From contig MU056050.1 in NCBI GenBank assembly GCA_013239625.1, positions 1,474,084 through 1,538,083 of the forward strand: a DNA stretch of 64,000 nt, given 5' to 3'. The position numbers were made by a program, and so were the translations under genes. Under the pieces are notes generated by a model that saw only the letters and a program-made list of their open reading frames with translations, ran no database searches and was not told the DNA's origin. Positions 51,201 through 64,000 of this stretch are shown piece after piece. The stretch's first letter is position 1, and each line of letters begins with the position of its first letter. The DNA is from Lama guanicoe. Lineage: Eukaryota.

Positions 51201-53156
51201 CAATACTCATATCAGACAAAATAAAAATAGACTTTAAAACAAAGGTCATAAAGAATGATAAAGAAGGACATTATATAATGATGAAATGATCAATACAAGG
51301 AGAGGACATTACATACACATCCATTCATGATAAAAACTCTTACCAAGGTGAGTACAGAGGGAACATATCTCAACATTAAGGAAAAGCTATTTATGACAAA
51401 CCCACAGCCAACATAATAAAGGTGAAAAGCTGAAAGCATTCCTGCTGAAATACAGAACAAGAAAAGAATGCTCACTCTTACCACTTCTATTCAACACATA
51501 ATTGGAAATCCTAGGCACAGCAATCAGACAAGAAAAATAAATTAAAGGTATCAAGTTGGAAAGGGACAGAGAAAATTATCATTATATGCAGATGGCATGA
51601 TTATATATATAACCCTAAAGACTCCACACAAAAATTACTAGAACTGATAAATTCGGCAAGGTAGCAGGATACAAGATTAACATACAGATATATGTTGTAT
51701 TTCTTTATACTAATAATGAAATATCAGAAATGGAAATTTTAAAAAAACCTCTTTTAAAATCACATCAATAAAAATAAAATACTTGGGAATAAACCTGACC
51801 AAGGAGGTGAAAGCCTTTACACTGAAAATTATAAACCACTGATAAAGAAAATTGAAGCCATTTCTTCATTTCAAGAAAATTGAAGATGAGTCAAAGAAAT
51901 GGAAATGTATCCCACACTCTCGGTATGGAAGAATATTGTTAAAATGGCCATACTACCCAAAGAAATCTACAGATTTAATGTGATCTCTATCAAATTACTC
52001 ATGATACTTTTCACAGAGCCAGATCAAACAATCCTAAAACTTACATGGAACCATAAAAGACCCAGAATTGCCAAAGCAATCCTGAGAAAAAAGAACATAG
52101 CTGGAGGCATAACTTTCCCAGATCTCAGACACTACTACAAATCTACAGTAATCAAAACAGCACCATATTGGCACAAAAACAGACATATGAATCAATGGAA
52201 AAGAATAGAGAACCCAGAAACAAACTCACACACCTACAGTCAATTAATCTTTGACAAAGGAGGCAAGAATGTATAAGATAGTCTCTTTGGCAAGTGGTGT
52301 TGGGAAAGCTGGACAGCCATGTGTAAATCAGTGAAGTTAGAACACTCCCTCACACCATATACAAAAATAAACTCAAAATGGCTTAAAGACAAATATAAGA
52401 CATGATATCGTAAATTCTTAGGAGAGAACATAGGCAAAACATTCTCTGACATAAATCATAGCAATATTTTCTTAGGTCAGTCTCCTAAGCTAAAATAAAT
52501 AAAAGCAAAATTAAACAAATGGGACATAATCAAACTTAGAAGCTTTTGCACAGAAGAGGAAGCCATAAACAAAATGAGAAGTCAACCTTTGAAATGGGAG
52601 AAAATATTTGCAAATGATGCAACTGTCAAGGGATTAATTTCTGAAATATAAAACATCTCATACAACTCAATGACCAAAAAAAAAAAAAAACCAATAAAAA
52701 AATGGGCAGAAGACCTAAATAGACATTCTCCAAAGAATACAGCCAGATGGCCAATAGGCACATGAAAAGATGCTGAATATTGCTAACTATTAGAGAAATG
52801 AAAATCAAAACTACAATGAGTTATTACTTCACACCAATCAGAATGGCCATCATTAAAAAGTCTACAAATAATGAACACTGGAGAGGTTGTAGAGAAAAAG
52901 GAGCCCTCCCACACTGTTGGTGGAAATGTAAATTGGTGCAGCCACTATGGAAAACAGTATGGAGACAACTTAAAAAACTAAAAAGTGACTTATCGTATGT
53001 TCCAAAAAGCCCATTCCTGGGTATATATCTGGAAAAAACTCTAATTTAAAAAGATACTTGCACCCCAATATTCATAGCAGCTCTATTTACAATAGCCAAG
53101 ACATGCAAGCAACTAAGTGTCCATGAACAGATGATTGAATAAAGAAGATGTGAGAT

Positions 53157-53159
<3 letters not shown>

Positions 53160-53197
<38 letters not shown>
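53160..53197. repeat. (CA)n microsatellite in L1
   Basis: Directly visible. Confidence 0.95.
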
Positions 53198-53202
<5 letters not shown>

Positions 53203-54668
53203 TCACAATGGAATATTAGTCATAATGCTATTTGCAGCAACATGGATGGACCTAAAGATTATGGTACTAAGTGAAGTAACTCAGACAGAGAAAGACAAAT
53301 ATATGGCATCATGAATATGTAGAATCTAAAAAAGGACACAAATGAACCTGTTTACAAAACAGAAAGAGACTCACAGACTTAGAAACAAACTTAAGGTTAC
53401 CAAAGGAGAAAGTAAGGGGAAGGGATAAATTAGGAGTTTGGGATTAGCAGATACAAACTACTATATACAAAACAGATAAACAAGGTCCTACTGTATAGCA
53501 CAGAGAGCTATATTCAATATCTTGTAATGAACTATAATGGAAAAGAATCTGAAAAAGAATACATGTGCATATGTATATGTATAACTGAATCATTTTGCTA
53601 TATACCAGAAACTAACACAACACTAACACAACACTGTAAATCAGTAAAAAATAAAAATTTTAAATTAAAAAAAATCATTGAGAAATTGGTGTGTGTTGGG
53701 GGGGATGATCTAGTACTCTGTAGATGACACAAACAGTAAAGGGTAGGGGATGATATAGAGTGATGATGTGAGATTCAAAGTTGCTTAATAGTTAACATAA
53801 ATGATAAAGCCAAGCATACCAAGGTAATGAATAGTATCCACAATTGTTTTGTAGAATAATATTCAACCACATAGGGAAATAGTCATATGATAAGGGAAAA
53901 AAACTTATGTAATAGTTTTTATTGTATGATTCTAGTTTAGTAACATATACAAAATTAGTATACTAGGATGCATGCACATACATATATTGTGAGAATTCAC
54001 AGGAAAGAAAAAAAGACTAGAAAGCTGAACACCAAAATGCACACATCAATTGTGTCTAGATTGCAACATTACAAGGAATTTCCTTCTATGTGCTTCTGTG
54101 TAGAAAATATAGGATATTTTCTAATTTTTCTGTAAGGATTATGGACTCATTTTGTAATTAGAAAAAATTTAAAATTTTATTTAAGTAAAAGAAAGTAGTT
54201 TGGAGCCTTTATAGCTGACAATCTTCATATAATGAAGTTTTCCATTATTGGACATACTAGGTTAGTATTTTTTTTTCAAATATTTGTGCAACATTCTCTT
54301 TAAAGATGTTAAATGTCCAATCAGATTATTTGACCCAACCCTTGAAAGAGACAATACCATTCATATATGTCCCTTCCCCAGGATCTTATGTTGCTTAGAC
54401 TTTCCACTATTAGCATATCTTCTTAATAATGTTCTATAGACAAATAAATTTCTTAGGAAAAGTAGCATATTCTCAAATTAACATACAAGTAATATAAGTT
54501 TTTCTTGTTTTGTTTTTGCTGTTGGTGTTTTGTTTTCATTAAAATCATCATCTGTTGTCTGAGAAAATAACCCGATCTTTAGTGAGTTCATCGCTCCACA
54601 CCACGAAGAAAAGTCTGGACCCTGAGGGATTCCAATGGATAGCTCCCAGGGTGGGGTACCATACTTAC

Positions 54669-54729
54669 TAATTAAGTAACACAGGTACTCATTGTGTAAC
54701 TATCCTTCTTTAGGACATTCCTTTTTCTG
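54669..54729 (-). other. Candidate 61-nt exon (unidentified transcript)
   Basis: Minus strand: aaatttttttatctAG|CAGAAAAAGG...CTTAATTA|GTAAGT; stops in all frames (the phase-2 frame stops 3 nt before the donor). Confidence 0.25.
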
Positions 54730-54959
54730 CTAGATAAAAAAATTTCAGCAACATCAATGTGCTTCCTTCTGTGGAATCAGTATTGGCTTCCACTGTCTTG
54801 AAAGTTGCCTTCTATCAGCTTCACTGGCTTAGAATCCTGGCTGCTATTTTTGATGATTTGAATCCAGGCTATTTACCTTGCTGCTGCTTATCAGGTGGCA
54901 CCAGTAACTCTCTCCATAATGCATACCAATAATTCATGCAGAACTCCCTTGCAATGGAC

Positions 54960-56300
54960 CCACTGCATTCTCCATCTCCTCTGAACAATAGCCTATTAAC
55001 TTGTTCCTCTGCTTCCACTTTGCCACCCCACCCCCACCTTCACAACCACGTTTGTTCTTAGCATAGAAGCCAGAACAATTGAGTCAAAATATTCAGATAT
55101 TACTCTTTTGCTCATGAATGACCATTGACTTCTGTAGGGGAGGAAAATTTGCTACTCCAAAACGTCTCTTTGGTATGAGGATTAATCTAGTCTGATTATT
55201 TTTAAGGCCCAAAAGACTCAGAAAGAACCTTTGACCTTCCCCCTAACTGCCTAGAAGAATGTAGACAGAGGACCTGTTCCAGAATGGGAGCTATCACCAT
55301 AGATACTATACTAAGAACTAGTTGTGTAGACAGGGAAGAACCTAGAAAGTCTGCTTGTTAAAATTCTCTCTGTGTCCCATTGTCTCTGCCTGGCCCAGCA
55401 AACATTTGTTTAACGAAAGATTTGTTGACTAAACATTTGCTTTTCCATCTCTATGTGAGTTGCCTTCCTCCCTTTTGAAGTCTTAAACCACTACCCCCAA
55501 TAGCCTCTTTTGTCTTTAGCTGAAGACGGTATTTAAGGTGAGGATTTCAGCCATTTTGGTGAGTTATTCAGTCTTCCTGGGTCTCTTGCATGTATATAAG
55601 TTATTAAACTTTTGTTTGATTTTCTCTTGCTAACTTGTCTTATGTCAGTTTAGTTCTTAGATCAGCCAGAAGAACCTAAAAGGGTAGAGGAAATTTTCTT
55701 CCTCCCCAACAATTCCCATCTCACTTAGAATAAATGTCAAAGTCCTTACAATGAACTGCAAAGTCCTAAACAATCTGAGTCTCTTTTATTTTTCTAACCT
55801 AATTGGTATCTATTCCCCCTCCCCCATTTTCTCTGCCCTAGGTACACTGGCCTCCTTGCTTTTCCTAGAATATGCCACATATATTTCTGCCTCAGGGCCT
55901 CTGTAGTTGCTGTTTGCTCTGCCTGGAATCTTCTTCCCCCAGTTATCTACATGAGCTTTTCTCTTACCTCCTTCATTCAAAGACCATTTCAGTAATTTAA
56001 GTCCTAACCATATATTTGAAATTTCATATAATATATGAATATTCACTCCATTCTTCAATATTGTTGTTCTTTTTCCTTCTTGAATATGTTTTCCTGTGGC
56101 ACTTACCACCTTACAGGATACTATCCCATTTACTTATTTATATCATTTATTATTTGTGTATTCCCACTAGAATATGATCACGAGGTCAAAGGTTTTTGTT
56201 TGTTTGTTTGTTGCTTTCATCTTAGCATAAAACATGGTTCCTAGAATGGTGCCTGGCATAGGAAGAACTTAATAAATATTTGTAGAAAGTTGAATGAAAC
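54960..56300 (+). mobile_element. L2 3' portion interrupted by an LTR
   Basis: catctcacttagaataaa...ctggcctccttgct...gcctcagggcct...tctgcctggaat...gtgcctggcatagg...aataaatatttg...tgaatgaa. Confidence 0.85.
55133..55711 (+). mobile_element. ERV1-class solo LTR (MER34/MER39-like)
   Basis: Long inverted termini tgtaggggaggaaaattt...aaattttcttcctccccaaca; near-matching 4-bp TSD cttc/attc; TATA-like tatttaag and attaaa signal. Confidence 0.85.
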
Positions 56301-57099
56301 TCTAGAGGATAGTGTAAATTGATTAGATAATATCAGTGAGAACAATTTTTGCAATAGTCAACAATGTTTGCATTAATAACTATTCATTGAACTAAATATC
56401 TACCATGTATACTACTTTTTTCTAGTTTTTTTAAAGAGTAGGAATATATGAGAAACCTCTCTGTTATGTGAAATATTAAGTCAGTTTCTACCAAGTTACA
56501 TGCCTGTTATTTGCTTTTCCTTCCTGGCAGAATGTCTTCCTTCCTGTCATTGCTGTCACCCTTTTCAAGTCTTCTAATCACATTCAATTTAACTTCCGAT
56601 TTTATCACTTTTGTTTCTTTGCTGTATACGCACTTCTTTTGGCCAATTCCCTTTTTGATTATCCATTTTTATAATATTTCACATGGGTTTATCATTGAAA
56701 GACAGGAGGTGGCACAACTACATATTTTGCTGTCTGAGCATGAACTGAGTAACAGATGTGCAGTGATCAATCAACACAAAACTTTGAAAAATATGGCATG
56801 ATTAATAACTGATCATAATGTGCATCTTATTTACATAGTGATTTGTGGGACGAGGAGCTAGCAGCAAAGTTTGTACTTAATGCAATTACTCATACTTAAT
56901 ATAACATGGCAACAAATTTAAATTGTGTCATTTAGGGCTGGTGTTACTTAAGCTGTGAGTAACCAAAATGTAAGCATATCAAATCCTTGCAAAGCAATGG
57001 CTGGCCCCTGTGTATGTATGTCTGTGTGTGCATTCCATAAAAGTACTATAGACATACATATGGAATAGTTTGTAACTTTAGTTGTTTTTAATTTCATAA

Positions 57100-58290
57100 A
57101 AATATTGCTGTATTAAATTCTGTGAGAGCTCTTTTCTTTTTACCTATGTCATATATTTTAATTGTATGAAATACATGAATCTATTTCCAAGATTCTTTCC
57201 TATTCTGCTGTTCTTCATCCATACCAAATACCTCACAGTCTTAATTACCAAAGTTTCATATTAAGTTCTGAAATCTGGTAAGGCAAGTGCTCCTTCCTTG
57301 TTTTTTTGACTCATTATTTTTAGCTATAAATTTTAGAATTATCTTATCAAATTCCATAGAAAAAAGTCTCTTGTATTTTTATTCAGCTGCACTGAACATG
57401 TAGTTCAATTTTAGGGGAATATGATATGTTTACTATACAATGCTTTTTCTATGTAAGCACAGTATATCTTTCTACTCATAAATCCTAACAGTTGGGATGT
57501 TAAAACTGTTTCTTAAGACTATTTAATAATGTTTCCTTTAGAAGTCATGCACACATTTTCTTGGATTCTTTTCCAAATACTTTACATTCTGTGACACTAC
57601 TATAAAAGGTATTTTATTATTGATTACATTTTCTAGTTGTTTCTACTTAAAAATCATTTTTAGTAACATCTATCTTCCAATAAAAGTTGTTCATAATAGA
57701 TCTTTGATTCTTTTAATAGAGTTGTTTGCAGTTAAAATGTTTTGTTATTTATATCATTTAACTATAATATATCTATTTTTGGCCAATATTGCCACCATTT
57801 TATCTAAGTATTTTAAACAACTTATTTTGTTTTTTTTGAGGCATAAACTACTAAATTAAATATCATATTACTCCAACTTAGATGAAAAAACTATAGAACT
57901 ATGTCTAGGTTCTGTTTGCTTAGTTTTTAAATGTCTTCCTAAATGTGATTATCTTCCTACTAACATTAACTAATATACATTTAGGACATTTACATTTGTA
58001 CGTTTAGGACAAGGTTATCGTTAAAAGAGTAGTGAATGTACATTCATTTCTTTTAAAATTTTGTTGACAGTTTCAAATATTTTGGCTGACTTATAAGAGT
58101 TGATTAGATCTTCATTTTTTTCTATCACATAATTGGCTGATGAAGAGGTTCTACTAGCCATAGGAAAATTGTCATTTTCCGTTTCAGTTATGTTTGCGTT
58201 ATTAGTATTATCTTTAGCCTGCAGTTTTGTTTTTTTGTCATAATTCATTAACTGCATTGTACTGAAGACAAATGAAAGAGTATCACTGTC
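57100..58290 (-). mobile_element. Very old antisense L1 ORF2 relic
   Basis: cacagtcttaattacc...ctggtaaggcaagt...aaattttagaatt...gcactgaacatgtagttcaatttta, decayed antisense ORF2. Confidence 0.65.
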
Positions 58291-58546
58291 AACTCTCTGC
58301 ACTATAAAGAAGGATGAAGTGCATTCTAGGCCAAGGGAATATCTGGAAATTCCCTAGGTTGGAAAGCACAAAGTGTATTCTATGAAATAAGCAGAAGTCA
58401 ATGTGAATAGAGTGAGGAGAAACCATTGTCAGGTAAGGTGTTAGGAGCAACTCTTTTCTCCTAATTAGGATATATTTATCCTCAGGGAATCTCATAATAG
58501 TGTTTGGCAAAAGCTATGAAAGAGATATTTTGATCTACAGCCTTAC

Positions 58547-58594
58547 TAATCATCCAATTCATGATGCCATGTATATCCCATTCCTTTGCAAAAT
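58547..58594 (-). other. Candidate 48-nt exon (unidentified transcript)
   Basis: Minus strand: ataccttgttttccAG|ATTTTGC...GATGATTA|GTAAGG; length divisible by 3; open in phase 1 (FAKEWDIHGIMNWMI) and phase 2 (FCKGMGYTWHHELDD). Confidence 0.35.
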
Positions 58595-59379
58595 CTGGAA
58601 AACAAGGTATATAAATCCTATATAGCAACTTATAAAACAGAATACAAAAGTTCCTCCTGGTTCCTTTATTCCTTTATATGAAAATTAAAGTATTAAATGA
58701 TTGTATTAATAGTCTGTAGAACAAAACAGGGGAAATAATTAGCCAGGATAAGTTTTCCTGCAGTGATCACTACATTGTGAGGGACCTAAAATAATCCACC
58801 AAAAATTTAAGTCTCCTCTATTCAAAACTTTCCTCAACAATGACATCTGCAAAGAAGGATTTTAACATGAGCAATTTCTCGGCAGTAGTTAATGTAGATT
58901 GAAGTAGCAGAAATAGAAAACATGAAAATTGAGTGGAATATAGGTATAATCATTCAGGAAGATGATAATGAAGCTTGTATTAGACTTGAGGCAATATGAC
59001 TGCTAAGGAAAGAGGAAAGAATCAGATTCCTTATAGAATGGTAAGCTACCATCAATGGCTGGCTTCCTACTCTGAACCAAACATAGAAACTCCAGAATGA
59101 AAAACAAAACCCCCAAATGCCAGAGGTGGTTTAATGACTCTGTTAAATTAATACCACCTGTGAGAATTCTGTAGCATGATAGAAGTTAACTGTGTCCTAA
59201 GTGGGGGTGAGGTGGACGGCAGGGAGAGAAGTGGCTAATAATAGTTGAGGCTGGAACCATTGGTAGAAGATAGGAGTTTTGTTTTTAAGTGTCTGTCCTT
59301 TCTTTTACCTCTCCTACATATCCTGAGGCAGACAATTGGCTTACCTGTCATCATTGCAAGGAAGAAAAATAGTCATTCA

Positions 59380-62180
59380 ATAGGGAAGCAATATTTCCAA
59401 TATGGTAGATTAAAAGCTTGAAAAATTTTCTCCACAAAAACATCAACTAAAGTGGACAAAACTGTGGGAAACAACCATTTCTTAGCTCTGTAAATCAACA
59501 AAAGCATAAAACAAATTGAGAAGTGTTTATGAAAGAAAAAATACCAAATCTTGGATTAGAATAGCAAGTGGGAGTATTTGGCATTCTTGCCCAGTCCAGG
59601 TGCTACATGCCTCTCATAGCTCAGTTGGCTCAGTAGTTCTACCAAAACTCTCTCTGAGAGCAAAGCTGCTGGGTTTCATGACTTATTTTGACTTTTCATC
59701 AGAAATAATGAGTGCTAGAGGTAGTGAAATGACATATTCAAAATGACTAAAGGAATAAAACTGTTAACCACAATATCCATATAGCAATATGTAAAAAGGG
59801 ACCTGAGCAAATGGGGGTTTATTGCGAGAATGTTGGCTTGGTTTAACATTCAAATATAAATCAAAGTAATTCAACACATTAATAAACAAAAAAAACCCAT
59901 ATAATCATTCTCAAAAGATGTAGGAAAAACATTGGACAGAATATAATAGCTATTCCAGAGAAAAACTTACAGCAAATTAGGTATAAAAGACAACTTTCTC
60001 AACCTGATAAAGGGCTTCTATGAAAACCTTTCATCTAACATCATACTTAATGGTGAAAGATAGAATGCTTTCCCCCTAAGATCAGTAATAAGGCAAGGAC
60101 ATCTGATCTTATCACTTCTATTTAACATTGTACTGGAGGTTCCAGACAGTGCAATCAAGCAAGAAAAAAAAAAAAGTCATGCGACTTAGAAAGGAAAATA
60201 AAACTGTCTTTATTTGTAGATGACTTGGCCACTTATGTAGAAAAGCTAATAGCATTTACAGAAAAGCATTGAAATTAATACGTGAGCTTAGCAAGGCTGA
60301 AGGATAAAAGGTCAAATACAAAAATTTTTTTCTATATACTAACAAAGAACAAGTGGCTATTGAAATTTAAAATATACCATTTACATTGCACCAAAAATAA
60401 ATATTTAGTGATGAATCTGACAAAAGACGTGAAATACACATACACTGAAAAGTGAAAAACACTGTTGAGATAAATTAAAGAATACCTAAATAAATGGAGA
60501 TATACACCTTGTTTATGGTTTGGAAGACTCAATATTGTTAAGATGTTAATTCTCTCCAAATCTATCTATAGATTCATCATAATCCCAAAGAAAACATCAA
60601 CAGGCTTCTAATGTAAAAATTGGCAAGATGATCCTAAAATGTATACAGAAATGCAAAAGAACTAGAATAGTGAAAAAAAGTTGTGAAAAAGAAAAAAGTT
60701 TGAGGACTAACACTACCTTATTTAAGACTTATTATAAAGTTACAGTAGTAGCTTTATCACAGTGTAGTGTGATATTTAACTAAATATCAACAAAGGGATC
60801 AGTGAACAGGATAGAGAGACAGAAATAGACTCATGTACATATATTCAATTAATTTCAACAAAGATGCAAAGACAATTCAGTGGAGAAAGATAGTCCTTTC
60901 AACAAATGCTGCTGGATTAACTGGAGTATTATGTCCAAAAAGAACCTTCTATCCATAACTCACACCATATATAAAAATCAACTAAACTTGAATCATAGAT
61001 CTAAATGTAAACATTTAAAGTGCAATATTTTTAGAAAAATTATAAAGAAAATCTTTTTGTCTTCAGTTAGGTAAAGATTTCTTAGACATAATATCAAAAT
61101 CACAATCCATAAAAAACAAATTGATAAACTGGAATTCATCAAAATTAAAAAGTCTTGCTCTAGAAAATACACCTGCAAGAAAAAAACACCCTGAGAAAAT
61201 ATTTGCATATCATATTTCATATGCAGAGTATATAAATACCTCTCAAAACTCAATAAGAAAACCACAACTCAATAAATAAAGGGACAAAATATTATGACAT
61301 ATTCTTCTCAAAAGAAAATATCTGGATGACAAGCACATGAAAAGGTGTTCGGTATCACTAGTCATTAGGAAATGCAAACTAAAACAACAGTGAGATACCT
61401 GTACACACCTATTAAAATGGTTAAAATTGAAGAGACTGAACACACCAACTGTTGGGCAGGATGCAGAACTAACAGAACTCTTATATACTGTTCATGGGAA
61501 AGTAAACAGGCACAAACACTTTGGAAAATATTTAGGGGGTTTCTTAAAATGTTAAACATATACCTATCATATTATCCAAATATCCCACTCGATGGCATTT
61601 ACATAAGGCATTTATTCCAAATGAAGCACATGTTCATATAAAAATATGTATGCAGATGTTCATAGCAGCTTCATTTATAATAATCAAGTGGGAAACAACC
61701 CATATGTTCATGAATGGATAAAAATAAACAAATAGGTGTATAGATAAACATATAATGGAATATATAAAAGATACCATATAAAGGAATGATACTTCACAAT
61801 AAAAAGGAATGAACTGGTAATGCATGCAACAATATGGATGAATCACAAAAGAATTACACTAAGGAGGCCAGACTCAAGATGGTGTAAAATATATGATTCC
61901 ATTTATATAAAATTCTGGAAAATGCAAACTAATCTACAGTGAAACAAAACAGATCAGTGTTTGAGAAGGTGAGGAATGGGGAGGGGTAGGAGACAGGAAT
62001 TACAAAGTGACCCAAAGAAACTTTCAAGATTCATGGATAAGTCAATTGTCATGACTGGTGAAATAAGAAAGGAAGCTTATATAGATGATAGGTAGATAGA
62101 TAGATAGATAGATGCTGGACAGATAGGTGTACTTTAAACATGTGTATGTCCATTATAATTCAATAAAGTTGTAAAAACTG
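59380..62180 (+). mobile_element. Old L1 relic (5' fragment, ORF2 RT to C-terminus, 3'UTR)
   Basis: ggtgaaagatagaatgctttccccctaagatc...tttatttgtagatgac (FVDD); 3'UTR with (GATA)n at ~62085-62112. Confidence 0.85.
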
Positions 62181-62419
62181 TCATGGGAAAAGTAATACCA
62201 GCTATATACAAAGGTGACATTCAGATGTATTAAAGTTCTAACTTTGAAAAGTATAAAAGGGAGCAGAAATATTTTAGAAATATATATTTTGTCTTTAAGT
62301 TAGGAATGAACTTAACAAGACACAAAATATAGATATCATAAAGCGAAACATTAATATATTTGGTCACATGAAGTTCAAAGATTTCTTTTAGTGATGAATC
62401 CCTTGAAGGAAGTTAACAG

Positions 62420-64000
62420 ATGAAAAATTGGGAAAATTCAGTAACAAAGATAGCTAGAAAATTCCCAAATACTTGGAGATTAAACAACACACTTCTAAAT
62501 AACACGTGGGTCAAAAAAAGAATCTCAAGACAAATTTTTAAATATTTTGAACTAAATGAAGTTAGAAAACTGTCAACATATCAAAACTTGTTAGATGCAG
62601 CAAAAGCAGTACTTAGAGGGAAATTTTTAGCCTTAAATGCATATATTAGAAAAGAAGAAGGATCTAAAATCAATCATCTAAGATTCTACTTTAGGAAACT
62701 TTAAAAAAAAGAGCAAATTAAATCAAACTCCTAGCTAATGCAATAAAACAAGGAAAGGAAAGTAAGAGATATCCTAATTGTGAAGGAAAAAATAAAACTT
62801 TTGTCTTTGTTTGCAGATGACATGATAGTCTATGTGAAATATCTGAGAGAATACACAAAAAACCTAGAACTAGCAAGCAACATTATACAGGTTGCATGAC
62901 ACAAGGTTAATATACAAAAGTCAATTACTTTCCTTTAGCAGTGAACAAGTAGAATTTGAAATTTAAAATATAATACCATTTACATTAGCACTCAAAAAAA
63001 TAAAATACTTAAGTATAAGTCTAATAAAAATGTGTAAGACATATATGAGGAAAACTACAAAACTTTAATGATAGAAATCCAAGAACTATAAAAAATTCAA
63101 TGAAGAAATATTCTATGTTCATGGATAGAAAACTCAATATTATCAAGGTATCAGTTCTTCCTATTTTGGTCTATAGATTCAATGCAATACCAATGAAAAT
63201 ACCAGCAAGTTATTTTGTGGAATTGATAAACTGATCGTAAAGTTTATATGGAGTGGCAAAAGACCCAGAATAGCCAACACAATATTGAAAAAGAACAAAG
63301 TTGGAAGAATGGGACTACTTGACTTCAAGACTTACTATAAAGCTACAGTAATCAAGACATTATGGCAGACTCACATATATAGAATACAAATCAGGTTACC
63401 AAAAGGGAAGAGGGACAAATTAGGGGTACGAGATTAATAAATACAAATCACTATACAAACAATAGATAAGCAACAAGGATTTACTGTATAGCACAGGGAA
63501 TTATACCCATTATCTTATAATAACCTACAATGGAGTATATTCTACAAAAATACTGAAACACTATGCTGTACACCTGAAACTAACACAACATTGTAAATCA
63601 ACTATACTTCAATTTAAAAAAAGACATTTGTGGTACTGGTAAAAGAATAAGCAAATAGATCAATGGGATGGAACAGAGCTGAAACAGACCTATATTAAAA
63701 ATAGTCAATCAATCTTGACAAAGGAGCAAAGGCATTACAATGGAGAAAAGATAGCCTTTTCAATAAATGATGCTGGAATAACTGGATAGCCACATGCAAA
63801 ATGGAATCTAGACATAGACCTTAAATCCTTCACAAAAACTAACTCAAAATGGGTAACAGACCAAAATGTAAAATGCAAACCTCTAAAATTTCTAAAGGAT
63901 AACATAGGAGAAACTCTAGATGACCTTAGATTTGATGATGACTTTTACATATGATACCAAGTTATACCCTATGAAAGAAACAACTGATAAACTGGAATAT
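62420..64000 (+). mobile_element. Old L1 ORF2 fragment, runs off right edge
   Basis: ORF 62420..62704 TWRLNNTLLNN...AAKAVLRGKFLALNAYIRK; tttgcagatgacatg (FADDM). Confidence 0.9.
63366..63620 (+). mobile_element. Short nested L1 3' end
   Basis: TSD aagacattatgg (63354-63365) / aagacatttgtgg (63621-63633); 3'UTR ending atcaactatacttcaatttaaaaa. Confidence 0.88.

Larger units (their letters stand above)
48186..53670 (+). mobile_element. LINE-1 from 5'UTR to poly(A) (~5.5 kb), ORF2 internally deleted, inactive
   Basis: Perfect 12-bp TSD aaaatcattgag (48174-48185, 53671-53682); ~1.5-kb 5'UTR; ORF1 relic from 49679; ORF2 ATG at 50984; EN joined to RT at ~51315; RT motif reads YADG; HCWWKC in 52780..53049. 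Confidence 0.95.

Noticed and set aside
1..64000. CRISPR array, prokaryotic operon, retron-type system or active retroelement
   Set aside because: No regularly spaced repeat-spacer structure, no gene-dense ORFs, and every RT fragment belongs to a disrupted mammalian L1

Overview
AT-rich mammalian genomic DNA, most likely camelid (alpaca/llama/camel), judged from one tRNA-Ala-derived vic-1-type SINE at 24187-24333. By my rough tally about 65% is LINE-1 of several ages, mostly on the + strand. It includes two TSD-bounded L1s that run from 5'UTR to poly(A) and lack the middle of ORF2, the 5' half of a third L1 on the - strand, and several nested L1 3' ends. The rest is MaLR/ERV LTRs, L2/MIR relics, hAT-Charlie fossils, microsatellites and a few unique islands. 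I see no intact, recognisable protein-coding gene: the supplied ORFs are broken L1 frames, antisense L1 frames or short chance ORFs. There is no prokaryotic-type system (CRISPR, operon etc.) and no well-supported new biological system. Best second looks: a chain of small candidate exons on the - strand (unidentified gene or lncRNA); a composite L1 with three stacked 3' ends, suggesting L1-into-L1 insertion plus a 3' transduction; parallel ORF2 deletions in two L1s; and template-switch scars. Repeat subfamily names come from memory of consensus sequences, not a database search. Boundaries of old repeats are approximate.
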